From Klebsormidium nitens (Eukaryota > Plantae > Klebsormidiophyceae): DNA of 64,000 bases. Positions 36,417-49,864 of the stretch are shown piece after piece (within the stretch, counting starts at the first letter, position 1; each line of letters begins with the position of its first letter). The position numbers and the translations under genes were made by a program. Below the pieces are notes generated by a model. That model was not told the DNA's origin. It did not search any database and was given only the letters and a program-made list of their open reading frames with translations. The stretch covers positions 1 to 64,000 of the forward strand of contig DF237343.1 in assembly GCA_000708835.1 (NCBI GenBank), in the 5' to 3' direction.

Positions 36417-38317
36417 GGGCTTGGGTCGGGGGTGTCCCTGCGGAGGTGATGGACAATGTTAGAGAAGAGTGCGAGTTGTGAAAGGGTTGAAGTGGAAGAA
36501 GAAGATATTGATGCTGTTGATCTTGGCAATGCTTGTTGAAGAAAAGAGTCAGAGAGCAAGAAGCTGCAGTATGAAATAGGTGCACTAGCGACAGCGTCTG
36601 TTTGTGCTTTGGGCCATGGCTTTGACTATTGGACCACCACGCGTCCGAGCACCAAGCAAAGACTGATGTAACACATGATTGCAACAAGATCTCTTTGAAA
36701 ACATCAGAGAATCATTCACTGCATGGGAAGTTATGCAAACATGTTTGTTCTCGTAAATTTCTCCAATGTCCACTTAGTAGCACACACTTATAAAAAAAGG
36801 TGTGGGAAAGGCGCGCCATCAACAATGGTCCGTCAAATCAGTGTCTCTTCTTCACCAAAACCACGTACCTTGTCTGTTGGCAACACGAGAAAAGCCAAAG
36901 GCTCTCCGTCGAGTGCGGTGGCCACTGGACCGAGCGACCTTGAAGCAATCACACGCAGCTTTCTGTCAAGGGCCACCTTGCTTTGCAGAAACAAGACGGG
37001 TCACCGCAGAACCTTTGCAACAAGCTCAGCCCGAGCTGTGAAGAAGGACTAGCAACTAAAGCAGCGCTTCATCTCAGTGCTCCCCGAATGTTCTGACAAC
37101 CATGTTGACCGCATGCATGCAGTGATGAAGGGGTCCCTTGAGGCTCGAGTCGTGACGGGTTGCGATCGCCGATATACCAGCGGAGAGATGAGCTCAAGCC
37201 TAAGGAGAAGTTTGAATCAAAAGCGCGGGCGAAGTTGCGAGTGCCCGGTAAGGTCGTTAAAATTTAACCCATCTCCAAAGAGTTGCATCGTTTCCCCGCC
37301 CGCTCCGCAGAGTCTCTTGTCAAACCAGTCGAAACTCGCAGTTTGAGTAATACTAGACCCGATATCCAGGTCCCGGGCGGTCTACTTCCAGGCTTCAAAC
37401 TTCAGAGTTCACTGCCTTCTTCCTTCCTTCAACTTGCACCACGCCCGGGCAGAGAGTACTGCTTTGGACCTATCGTCAAACTCGATTATATATTGCCATC
37501 TGGTTTGGTCGTCCTTTCACATCCATAAGGGCTTAGCTTCAAACTGCTGGAAAATTTGAAGCGAGGAATTCCAAATAGACCTAGGTCCTATAGGTACCGC
37601 CGAGGTCCTGCCGGGTCTGCCGTACGATTTACGCGGGGCGAAATCAGGTACCTAGATACCGTCCCAGGGTACCTCAATTCAGGGTTTCGGCAATAATATT
37701 CATAATATCGCCCTGTTCTTGCCCGGGCGAGTTGGGGGCCTGTTATGCATAAGGGGTCCACCCTGTCATCCGGTCGTGCCCGGGAGTAATCGGGGACAGC
37801 CCCGCCCGGAGGCCTCAGTGGTACGTACTGGGATTGCCGTCGAAGGTGGCCGGTCCCGACTTGCAGTTACCAGAGGACGTTCCCGGTCCGATACTCTTTA
37901 GATGTCCCGGCGTGTCAAAGTCTAGCGCAATTCAGACCTCCTGCTCGTAGAGGCGCTAGCTAGCTAATGGAGAAGCCTCAACTTAACCGTCGGCCTGACT
38001 GAATCTGGTCAATGGATGTCAAAGGGGTGCGCTGCTGTGATTGGCTCGGTTCACGTGCCCCGGTCCAGATTCGTGGATCAAAGCACGCGTACGGCTGCAT
38101 GTCGGTGCTTGGCGAGGAGCGATCCCCTTGCGCGCCCTCCGACCCCTTCCCAACCAATTCTCTGCCGACAAATTCAACTCTGCTCCGAGTCCTAGGATAC
38201 TCTGCACTGACTGCAGCTTCCGCTCTTGAATCTTCACTCAAGTGGTGGACACGCATAAGCGCGAGCAGAAGCCTGAGAAGGAGAGCATACCAATTTGTAT
38301 CAACCCTATAAGGCGTC

Positions 38318-41300
38318 ATGGCTCTATGTGGACGATTGGAGACCTCTTCTGTGGGCAATGAGTCACATCTGCTGTCAAAGTCAGGTGCAAGTGCTTTGCG
38401 AGACTCTTTGCAACGTGCTCAATGTAGATGGGCATGGTCACCGGTACGACGCCACAGAGTGGAAAGTCTGTTCTGCTTGCGTCAGATGTACACCACCGAT
38501 CATCGGGCAAATTCTGCACATCTGGCTCCCCTAAGCAATCCAGAGATTGCGTGGCCCCAGAAACCCTCTACAACCAACGTCAACTTTTCCTATGAGTTGG
38601 GGACCAAAATGTGGCCTGTTGCAGGCAAACGCAGTAAGCCAAGTCAGCATCAGGTGGTGGCATTTGCTGCCAGCACCTCTGGGAGAGGCTTCGACGCTCC
38701 ACTTAGTGATAGGGTCAACCCAACAAAGGAGGCACGAACTGCAAAGGAATACTTCAAGGTGCGCTTTTTTCAAAAGTGGCATTACATTGGCAGTACGCTC
38801 TATGGATGGTTCTATGGAAGCTTTTCAAGGGCTTTTGTTGAGTGCTGTGATGAACTGAGCCCTTGGTGCAAAGTGTTGAGATGGGCGACAGATCGTTCGC
38901 GTGGTTGGATTAATTGGCTGAGTGTCTGCCACTTTGACCGAAAGGGGAATAGAATGCTTCTCAGATATACATTTTGAGACTTGCGAACGTGACAATATGG
39001 CGGTCAGATACGACTGAGACCTTCAACAACAGGGCAGAAAAGCTGCTAGAATTGTGCTGAAGGCCCATGAACCTCACCATGAGATACTCTGCAGATGCTT
39101 GGAGACACCGTTGGAAAGATGTTGAAGGGCGTCCCTGTGTACCTCGTTGGTGACGATGGCGATGGCAACGCTGCGGTGGCGGAGGAAGTGGCCCCCGTCC
39201 TGGGGTAAGGTTGTTGCCAGGTCCTGAGCTTCTTTGTTGTTTCAGTACACCACCTAGCATCGCACGTCTGGCGTTAGTTAGCGAGGTCCTACTTGCTCCA
39301 CTAAACAATCATGCTTTCCACATCAATTCTGAGCAAAGGAATTCTTTCTTTAGAGACTTTTGAAAGCTTCATCGCCAAGGATTCTCCTGAGGTTTAAAGT
39401 GTCCATCTGCTAAGCCTCATCCTGAAACATGTGCTTTGGCTAGATCAATTTTTCTGCCGCCCGGAAGTGTGCGCCTATGGCAGCTCATAAAGCACTTCAG
39501 ATGGACAGCTCTTATCTACAGAGTTTGTTTCCTCTTGACCTCATCTGGATACCTCAGGCCTGAATACATCGTCATTGAAACACCTTCCTTTTCCAAACAC
39601 ACAAGTGGTCAACTATGTAGGCTTGGTTAGCAGCAATCGTATTCTCCGTTCCGCTGTCCTTGTTTCAGCAACAAGTCTCTCCTCTGACAGATACGTACCT
39701 TTCCAGAGCGCCAAGCTGATCCAGCAGACCACCGGAAAGGGCCTGGCATCCATTGCGGCTGAAGAAGGGCTGGAGGGCGTTGCAGAAGCGGAGGCGTCAA
39801 TAGTGCGGGAGCTGAGCACGTAAGTGATTCAGGGCAAGAAGCTTTTCGAGAGTCTCAAGTGGGTTTTAACACGCGTGCTCTTCAATTTCACTTGCTAAGA
39901 AAACTTGCACCCCAGTACCCTGAAGTGTCCAGAATGGAAAATGGACGTATGCATTTGAGAAGCGTGGAGGTTTCTCCAAGCCTCTGAACCGAACAAAAGT
40001 GGGTGACGATACTCCGGCGAAGAAGCGGTGACACTGGCCTTTTGCTTTTCTCGGGGGGCTGCCTCGTCCAAATTTAGCCGTACTCGCATGCTAAATATAT
40101 TTCAGAGTTTTGTAATGTAGACGCCAGCTCTTGTTTGATCCCAGTTTGAGGCCGGTTAACGCAGTAGGAAGCTCACATCCATGCTTGAACGGCTGGAATT
40201 ACGGGAATTACATCTGACGGGACACAATCGAAGTGAAGACCACGAGGGGCACAGCATCAATCGGTTCCGCTGATGAATATGGTTGGCTTTCCCTTGAACC
40301 GAAGTCGTATGACGTAGGGTATCTGGAGTCGTTGTCGAGTGGTGGGGGACCTGTTACTACACTTCCCCTGCAGGTTCTGAGCCTTTTACACTTGGTTACT
40401 GCTTTGCCGCAGGCGATTTGTTTTACGCCGTCTTGTATATTGCCCGGACATTTACTCTGTCTGTTTGAGCTTTCTGCTTTTCAAGGCTTTCTTCCAGGTC
40501 AGCCCTTATTCGCAGCAAGGCCCTGGGTCATACCTCTCGGCCATACTTCGGTAAGGCACACCCGACAGCGAAGGGGTGTCAATTTCAAAGAACCTCCCAT
40601 TGCCTAAGTCGGATTAGGAATGGGCCTTTTCTTCTCCAAAGGCCGCCAGCTTCAAACGGCAATCTCATATCATAAACTTCCCTTACTCAGAGGTGAGCAA
40701 CGCATTAACCGTTGGCAATTTTTCCCGTCAGGTTCGTGCGCTGTGCAGTCGGAACAATCGGCGGCGGCCAGGGCGCCGCAGCAGATCCCGCGCGGTGGAA
40801 CCACTTGCATGGAGGGGTCAGTGTCTGGCTGGATTGTAGTTCTTCAGGTACGAACAAATCATCACCGATTGTGGAGCTGCCGCGCTGCCGTTTTGCAGTT
40901 ACAAACGGGGACCTGCCGGGCTTTGATACTTCCCCCTTCTTCTCCGTGCGCTCTATGCGTCATCGCACGAAATGAACGACGATTCTGCTGGTCGTTATTT
41001 CTCTCCAACTTTGTCGCTCGGGGCACCAAAAGGACGTGTTTGATGTTTGACTGAACGGTGACTGTTGGAGCACCTTTTGGTATAGGATTGAACCTGGACC
41101 GTACCAAAGCTTGGGTCCAGGACGTATGAAAGGTACATGAGACCGCTCAAACTCATTAGGGGCCGCAATGGCATCGAAAACGAGCTTTGGCAGCTGTCGT
41201 ACCCGTTGTTAGTTCCAGGGAGGCCTTGCCTGGATTACCATAAGAAGGAGAAAAGCCCATACTTTTCACTGTGGACCGACAGACCGTTAGCTGTCTCCAA

Positions 41301-42447
41301 GTAGCTCAACGCGAAGGTCAAGTTGAACATGTTCACTGCCTTTGCCAAAGCGGGCTTCTGGTCTCTGGTCTTTTCTTTCTGGTCTTCAAAGCCAAATTGT
41401 CTTGCACTTTATCTCCCATGCGCTTCGGTGGTCAGACTCCTTTTATTGTATCATCAAAGTGGCATACGGCACATTCAGTGTTGGTTTCTAACGTCTGTGT
41501 CCTTTTTGCTCGTTGCAACTTGGCCGTAAATACTGCCGCAAGCCCTTGCCTGCGAAGAGTCCACGATGTCGAGCAGATATGCCTCAAGCACTCCCGGATC
41601 GAAGTGCCACGTCAGCAGCCAATCACAGTGTCGATACCTTAGGATTTTCGAAGGTCGTTGAGGCCAGCCGCCGATCAGCATGGAGGCCCTTTCTCGTCCT
41701 GAATGATCTTTCTGTTTCGCCTTCTGTAAATTCCCGATTGTGGGCGAAACCGTTGTGCAGGTTCTAAAAGGGACGACTCCTTGAAAGGCCCGCAGCACCT
41801 CGGCTACACGAAGTGCGACATCGTTGTACGATTCAGCCTACCAGAGGGCGCCACGTGGCAGCCTACGGTCACGCGGGCCGTGTCGGAAGGCGTGCTTGAA
41901 GGGATCAAAAAGCTGCTAACAGAGAACGAGAATTATGCAGGTAAAATTGCCTCCCCTCGCTCTCGTTTTGGATTACTCAGGCGGCTTTGCGTGGCTTGCT
42001 GATGTTACTGTCATGGGGGGTTCATATGGGACCTCGGGCCAGGCTCTGACAGGATATTGGGTTGTCAAGCGAGGGTCGTTTCCGGCACTCCGATATCAGA
42101 GTGGGCGTTTTCGAGCTGGATCGCCCAGACGCTTCGAGCCGGCAGAGATTTCCCATAACTCGCACGTTTACCATTATTGCAGCCACGTTGCACAGCTACT
42201 ATATTCTCTTCATAGAAATCTAGATGATGCAGTGCGCTTGGCGGCCACTTGTTGCGCTGAAGCCGACAATGAGTCTTGTGATGACAGATCCTCCCATCTT
42301 GCAGGAAAGAAGAGCTTGTATATACGTTCGGGCTGCCGGGGTGACTGGCCGGATCTAGCAGAGCCTGGGGCAGAGGTAACGCCGCAATCAGTTTCGCAAA
42401 ACAGCGGTCCGGTAAAGGAGGTTTTGTTAGGTCAGCAAAATGCATAG
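38318..42447 (+). CDS. SKL1: Shikimate kinase-like 1, probably plastid-targeted (6 exons; start codon uncertain)
   Basis: Exons 38318-38758, 39095-39204, 39691-39819, 40732-40847, 41761-41940 and 42305-42447, phase-consistent. Motifs LKGVPVYLVGDDGDGN, GYVPFQS, EGLEGVAEAEASIVRELS, VGTIGGGQGAA...WNHLHGGVSVWL, and the SKL1 signature GKKSLYIRSGCRGDWP. Long Ser/Ala-rich N-terminus. Confidence 0.88.
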
Positions 42448-43670
42448 GCGACAAGGCTCAAAAGGGACGGAACGTGTTACACTCTCCTCGGTCGGCTTTC
42501 TCTAATCAGCATACGGGTTAATATTGTGTGCTGCAATCCTATGTCACAAATCAGCTTCGATGCTGAGTTGCACGATTAAAACAGCCGGTATCATATCAGA
42601 GTGCCACATACTCTCCAACTGATGCATTTGATATCAGTGTGTGGGGGGCGTCTTTGGGCCTATGGGTTTGTGGGTCTTTTTAGGATCTGCATCTATTCTT
42701 ATAGCCGCTGTGTCTCTTTCGTCTGTGACCGCACTGCGGCGGTCCGCTGCAACATCATATGCACTGGCAGTCATGGTGATGCAGCCTTGTGTATAGTACG
42801 TATGCCACCATGATGCGCGGCAGCCGACTAATGTTTATATGTAATCTAGATGTAGGGTCAAACGTTATAACTCGTTTGTCCAAGTTTGGCATATACCCGC
42901 GGCGTATACGTTCAACTTGAGTATCAAAAGGCCCGGCGGCATACTAATATGGAACTTATGCTGCGCAAATGCATTTCTGCCGCCGGTGAGTCCGCGGGGC
43001 GACGCATCATGAACTCATCTAGTTTCGGACTTCGGCCGGAATTATTGGAGTGCCAACCATTTTCATACTATTGAATGCACTACGTATGCGTTAATTAAAA
43101 CGCGAATTTGACTTCACATGAATCATTGATCAGAGCCGATATATATTTGCCCGATCCTTTCAAGTTAAGGCAATCAATCATGTATGATAGCATACAAGCG
43201 CGGCACAGTAATTTATCGGTCCTAAATTCTCCGCTAATGGCCGGGTCGACTCGGCCGCCGATCCTGGCAGTTCAATGACGGACTCGATCAGGCCAGATTT
43301 TGCGAGCAACGGTATACTTTGAATGCGCGGCGCCTGCATGTTGATGCATGCAGTCGTATATATAACAACCTATACATTTTGTGCAATCAGGCTGCAGTCG
43401 CGTACACGCTTTTTCGGAACGATCTTAAGCTTTGAGTTCCATCAATCAGCCTAGGTAATATGTCTCAAAGGACGAGACTTGTAAACCCTGCTTGGGCCTC
43501 TTCGCAATCTGTTAACATCGGTGAAACGAAATCTTGTTTCACCGGCTACATTTATTGAGCTGTCGGCAGTTCTCCTATACATTTCGTTCCGTATACTGTA
43601 CGCGCGTTTATCGATCAGGGTTGAGACGCATTCGGCTTGTTCAATGGTAGCGTCATAACTGGAACCGTCG

Positions 43671-45392
43671 TCATTGGCACGTGCGTCTGTTCTGGGAGTG
43701 GCCTGTCTCCGTGACGTTGTGTGTGTCACTGGTTGTGACGTTGTGTGCGTGGCCCGTCTCGGTGACGTTATGTGATGTACCGTTGTGAGCCGGGCCGCTT
43801 TTCAGAGGATGCAGATAGGTAAGGGTGACGTTTCCGTCAATAGCCTGCAGGGGGAGAGACTTCGTGAATCAATCTCTCGGTAACGGACTTTTTGAGGCTA
43901 CCCAGAATCGACGGCCTCGTGAACGTCAACTCGAAAAGTCAAAGCAAGAATCTGAACAGATGACATCGAAAGCATGCAAAATTTATTGAGAGCCGGAATC
44001 CCCCGCTTTTGTCCTCCTTGCGAAAGTCTTCTCCTTCGACAGTGTCTCCTAAACCAATGACAAGGAAAGTTTCACTTGCAGAACAGAATGCGAAGCGCAT
44101 TGAAGGAGCATCCTCAGCTGATTTCAGTTGCTTAGAATCAAGTTGTGGGCACTCGCAGCTATATGGTGTCTTGACCCCGGCTTTTTTATTCTTGACTAAT
44201 ACACGAGTTCGGCGGTCAACTGGATCGCTCCCCTGATTCAAGGTTCTTGTATAGGCGGAAACCAATCAGTTTCAGCATCAGTTTGATGCACCTCTGACTG
44301 AAAATAGTACTGTTTTGACCTCCTATTCGTTCATGTCGAACGGTTAGTGAAGTTCTAGTTGCTTTGGAACGGGATAATAAAAGGGGCGTGACTTGCCTTG
44401 AAGACCTCTGCCTCGTAGGCGCGCTTGAAGTGCCTTGCTGCTACTGTCAATCGGAGCACGTAGTTGATTCCAGCTACGACTTGTGTCTTGATGAAGAGAA
44501 TGTGAAACCTGAGGTCGTGGCCAGTGTGATTGAAGCCAGTATGGTTCTGGATTGCAGGACAAAAGAGTCAGTTAGGAAAGACACAATGTCTTCTGCGTGC
44601 CCATGTGTGGTAATTACGTACATTAGTCTGAGCAGATTTTGTCTCCGGCATGTCAACGAGCACAAGCCACGTCAGCCACATCAGCTGTCACCGCTTAAAT
44701 TCTTTGTTTAAATCTAAACTTGAGAAGCTTTTCAGATGGGTTCCTTTATCTGAATTGAATATTGCGACGTTTCGGTCCTAGCATCCATAAATGAGGGATC
44801 CGAAGGCCAAAAAGAACGGGTTGAGAAGAAACTGTAAACCCATGCAAGGCAGGCCTATGGGAAGTGTCGACGGTCACAAGGATCATACAGCGCAGGTCCA
44901 AGAATGACCTTTGGAAAGCTGCTCCAACTGATTCAAAGAAGGTACTACTGTATATTCAAAAGGGTTAACGGAGTGTCCAACCACCTGCAACCCACGACAT
45001 TGCTTCATCATTTCGCCTTGAACAGCTTAAGAGCACAAGTGCTCCTAGCTGTCCCAAACGCCTAACACGTACTTGGCACGATGACAGGGCCTGCTCGCAT
45101 GGTTTCCGAGCTTCAAGCTACCCCAAAGGGCGCTGTGTCGTTCAGCTGTGCTTACCGTCTTCAGTGCAATGGCGTCCAGCGTGAAGTTGACAATCTGCTG
45201 CACTTGGGGGTTCTCATATTCGGATCTATTGAGAGGCGCAAATCCTCCTGGTAGGAAGGTCACAGCTGGAGCCGTCCGAGTCCTGTTCAGCTTGAGGCTC
45301 CTAGCAAACTTGGCGTCGCCCTGGGGTAAGCTGGAAAAGGCGAGAACGACAGTGAAGGCCGCAAGAGCGGCGCTCATCCTGACTTGCGCCAC
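43671..45392 (-). CDS. Secreted cystatin (cysteine protease inhibitor) with His/N-glycosylation-sequon-rich tail (186 aa, 3 exons)
   Basis: Exon 45392-45156 has a signal peptide (MAQVRMSAALAAFTVVLAFSSLPQGDA) and LPGG...NPQVQQIVNFTL. Exon 44546-44397 has the QVVAG reactive-site motif and YEAEVFK. A GC donor AAG|GCAAGT follows. Exon 43844-43671 reads AIDGNVTLTYLHPLKSGPAHNGTSHNVTETGHAHNVTTSDTHNVTETGHSQNRRTCQ*. Without the GC splice the ORF would stop at 44355. Confidence 0.82.
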
Positions 45393-46896
45393 AGATGGAG
45401 GCTGCAGCTGTGCTCATAGTTCGAGGGACGTGGCGTTCAATATGTAGTCGCTCAAAGAAGCAGTCAAGCAGCATGTCCCGCTAAGAAGCACCGGCACTGA
45501 CTAGCATGCAAAGTGCTTTGGGGGCTCCGATCAGCTGGTTCTTATGCGTATGCCTGGCAGCTGCTCTGGCCAGCTTGTGACCGCTGGTTTCAGCGTTGAT
45601 ACAGTGCAACTGCAGCTTTGTCGATTAGGTCAAGGTGTTGCACAAAGACATATGCCCCCCATATGCCTATTGCTCATTGATCATTGACAAGCACCGTGAG
45701 TACTCTTCGGAGGTCTCAGGGATGTCAGAATCATGTCCAAACCCCACTCCCAAAGGAGCTTGCCTTACTTCGTTGGTCCTTTATTTTTGTAGCAAGCCAT
45801 GGACGAAGGTTTGGAACTGCCATTTGTCAAGGTCTGGCAGGCTCATTGCAGTGGCCGGATACAGTAGCATCGTTACATCGTTGTACTCTTGGCAGCAAGT
45901 TAAAATTGCAGATCACGTACGAGATCACGCCCTAATGCAGCCTGGTGTCTAACTTAAGCAAGCCTTTCAATCCAGAAGTAGGTCGGAATTTCGTCCGTGT
46001 CCTTACTGAGTCTAGTACAAGGTTGGACTTCTGTATGGAAGTCACTGCAGGTGTGAATGTGTGAATGTGTCACTGTTCAAGACGTTGGATGCTCACGAGG
46101 AGCTGTCGGATACGCTCCTCAACTCAATTACAGTGCAGTACGACGAAAGCGAAGGCAGTGGGGGCACTGGCAGAGGGCAGCGCTAGCGAAGCCTTAACAA
46201 TATAAGTACTGTACAACCTACCTCGCTAGCTGGATGGAGCGAGTCCGGTTGCGCACTGCAGGAACGGGAACTTCGGCCGGCAACCACCCCTGCCACCGTA
46301 GGAACCAGATCCGTCCGCTCTTCTATGGAATGATGCACGCCGTTCGTGGGAGCATGTGTTTATAAGTGGCGCGCGCGGAGAATCAAAGTGGCTTGCAATG
46401 GTGGATCCAGACTCCCGAGGCCCAGGGCCAGAGGTAGCTTCAATGGACACTCCGGCCAATCAGAAGGAGGTACATACATTATTGTGCCACTCCGGCCTCC
46501 TCCACAACGACTATTCGAAGGTTTGAAATCAAGCCGCGACAGATGTGCCAGACTTAAGTAGAGAATGAACCCTGCTGCAAGAGACTTGCCCTTCAATAAT
46601 TCAAGGTGTGCGACACGGTCAGCTGTAGAGGCTGCAATCTACTGGCCAGCTGGGGGGCGGGACTTATGTATGGGTCTCGGGACCCGGGTCTTGTGCTTCT
46701 CAGCATTCCCTTTTCTGCTGACCCGCCGTGCAACGTAACAGGTGCAACTTTTAAAACCTTTTGACCTGAAGCAACAGTCTGCAGCTCCCCTGCAGCTTGG
46801 GAGCATTGCTAACTTGTTCCTTCGGGAGTTGCGTTAGGAATGAGCATCAGACATCCTTGATCGTCTTCCACGTAGCTGGCAGCCTCTTCATTAATC

Positions 46897-49128
46897 ATGA
46901 ATGCAAGGCAGATGTCTCCCAAAATGGTGAAGCAGCAATTGAGGCCAGAGTCTTGCAGCTCAGGTGAAGAGTACAATTCTTGTACGACTCCTAGCAGGCC
47001 CAATCAGAGCGCTGCGCAGCAAATGCGACAAGTGCACCGGCTGCCTGCACATTGCAGTGCCTCTGAGCTTTCTGCAGCTCTGCACTCTGGGGAGCCTTTC
47101 GTAATCTCCCTTCAGCAGGAAGACGTCCCAGATCAGGAGCTCGCTGCACTGAAGCAGCGGTTAGCTGGAAAGACTGTGCATGGATGGCAGGGGGACAAAT
47201 CGATCGAGCTCAGTATTGACGACGTCGTGGATCTGTGGCTGGAAGACCGGCTTCCATGCAACATTGTTGATAGCTACGTGAAGGTGAGGCAATAGAACTA
47301 CTTGCAAAGCCACCAGGTTTCATGTGTTCCAGTACCTTGTGAGCATCTGCGGCTGTAAAGATTGATCTCTTTCAATCCGGAGCAGGGGTTGTTGAGATCA
47401 GTGCTGGTGATAAGAAACTCTCCACGCTTAAGCAAGTTCTGCTTGATGCTTCTTACCGACTTGGCGGGCTGTGTTGGAGCTTCGTGCATGTGAATGATTA
47501 TGGTCTCCTGTGTTACAAAATTCTTTGAGGAACATCTTGCAGGATTTACTAGACTTAATGTAGTGTGCAGCCGCACGTAGGTATGTCACATTGTATCCAA
47601 GCCCGTCTCCGCTTCCCAGCCTGTTGCATTCAACAGCGTATTTCAGCACCCTCCAAGCATAGAGCTTGCCTGGGTGCTCTGAACGGCAGTGATTTTGAAC
47701 AGACTTCGTTCTTTCTAAAGCCGGACTTCAAAGCGCAAATATCTTTGCTACTAGCTGATTCCAGCTTTTGGGTCTCTTTGACGGTCATCTAGAAGCCTGG
47801 ACTGGACATTTGTTTCTGTCCCATCTACCATTTGAGCATTACATCTGATTGAGTCAATCTTGAAACGTAATGCTTTTGCGCACGTTTTGGAGTTAGGTTG
47901 AACATTGCAGATTCCGCGAGCCTGGCGCCTATCTCTGCAAACTACAACGTGAGAGTGCCGCATGCCTATCTCTGCTCAATCAGTAACATTGACGTCACCA
48001 TCCTTTGTCAACAGCTTTGCTATTGGACGAAGATAGCCAGGGGACTCATCAGGGACCCAGGCTATGAACCAACCTTGCACCTGGACTTAGATGAGGATTC
48101 CTTTGTTGTTGTATACGTAAAGCACCACCACAACTTCGCCACTGGACTTCAATGGGCAGTGGATCTGATTCCCAAAGCATTTTCCAGAGGCACCTGAGCA
48201 GGGCCGTTCAGAATATCAGAAGGCCCACTCGGCAGAATGTCTGACAACTTATTTCTTTCCAGGGAGTCTTCTCCGTTCCCGACTTTCTTGCAGAAACCAA
48301 CCTTCTCTCCAAGCACCCGGACACTGAAGAGAGGACCGTCTCGCTTTACCTGAGCTCCTCGAACGCGTACACCCCCTTTCATGTCGACGCCTACGGTTTC
48401 GCCGGCTGGGCCTTTCTCTTCCGGGGGTCCAAACGATGGGAGTTTGTTCATCCTCAGCACTACACAGAGTTTCACGATGCTGCTCTTGGGGGTCCCAGGG
48501 ACACACCAGGAAATGAGTTGCCAGCAGAAGTCGAACTGTGGAGAACAACAGCGGGCGAGAGAGACGTGGTTTACATTCCCCCCGGATGGCTCCACAGGTA
48601 AGCTGACAGGTTTTCGAAAGATTTGCACAAGATTTGAACAAGGTGTCTATCCTTGCGAATATCAAATTGTTTGCATTCCAGCAAGCTTGCTCGCGAGCTT
48701 CAAGTAATCGACTGGCTGGGGTTATCGGACATCACTCTCAAAACATTGTGAACTCGCCGCTCCTTAGTCTCCCGATTTGCAATTGTCTCGTCCAGTCTTC
48801 TAGGACATGGAGATATTTCAAGACCTCTTCTCAAACGGTCTTTAAATCAGCACTCCTTTTGACAGCTTAAATGTGTCGGCCACCTTTTTTGAGGCTCTTA
48901 TCTTGGTGATGATTACCACCTCATGTAATTTTACTAATCATGTGCAGAGTTTGGACAGACCAGCCAAGCTTCGGTTTCGGAGGAGCATGTGCGATGCCGT
49001 GGGAGGTGGAACAGGTTTTGCAGCACTGGCGGCAAGAAAAGGAATTGGGAATTGCTCTAGAAAAAGATCTGGACGAAATCTTTAGAACAATCAGTGCGGT
49101 CACTATTTCAAAACGAACAGCACCGTGA
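46897..49128 (+). CDS. Stand-alone JmjC/cupin-fold Fe(II)/2-oxoglutarate oxygenase
   Basis: Exons 46897-47283, 48263-48597 and 48948-49128 (possibly also 47571-47580 and 47911-47948). YTPFHVDAYGFAGWAFLFRGSKRWEF...DVVYIPPGWLHRVWT gives the HxD...H triad plus the T/K cosubstrate residues. Start codon uncertain. Confidence 0.82.
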
Positions 49129-49511
49129 TCTACAGCCGTTTCTTGTACTCCCAATATGACGTGGTCTATTGGACTAGTCACCCAGCTGCATCATCTCATT
49201 TCGAATGCTCTGAATCATAAAAGCTTCCTGTAACAGCCAATCAAGCGAACATTTCGAGAAGTCAGCGTTTATGATGCACTATCAAACAACCGAGCTCGTG
49301 ACCTAGTACGGCCAAAGCTCACGTATACTCTCAAATGCTGCAAAAGTTGAAATGTCGTTAATCGAGATTCTGAGAGTTTGACAAGGTGCGTGCACACGCT
49401 TCTTAATTTCCGCGCCTTGGCTCACAGCCGGACCTCATATATTCTGTTATGTTCGACGGAGACCGCCCAATCTGACAGCGAAGCATGATAACAAACTTAA
49501 TTGTGTATTAA

Positions 49512-49864
49512 GGTTGCGCGTCGACCGAAAACCTCCGAGGTCATCCCAGGTTTCTGAGCCAATCAGAGGCCTGCTTTTCATAAATATGGGTTTGTAAGAG
49601 GTTTGCAACACTGAGGTGATTGTGTCGCCTATAAGTATCAAATGAGCATCTTTTCTGCTCAAAGAGGCCTTGCTGGCAATTGCCACCACTCATGGCCTTT
49701 GCCCATGTGCTTTGGATGGAGCATTTTGGTGCACAATTGGGTGATATAGGGCGCATAGATGTGGAGGGTTTGCTGCAAACCACTGCCGAAACCAGGGTTT
49801 CCTGAACCACGTGGTCTGACAACATCATAGTGGGGGGTGGTAGATTTTCGGTCGACGCGCAACC
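49512..49864. mobile_element. PIF/Harbinger (Tourist-like) MITE, 353 bp
   Basis: Perfect 20-bp TIRs GGTTGCGCGTCGACCGAAAA (49512-49531) and TTTTCGGTCGACGCGCAACC (49845-49864), flanked by TAA at 49509-49511 and 49865-49867. No transposase ORF inside. Confidence 0.85.
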
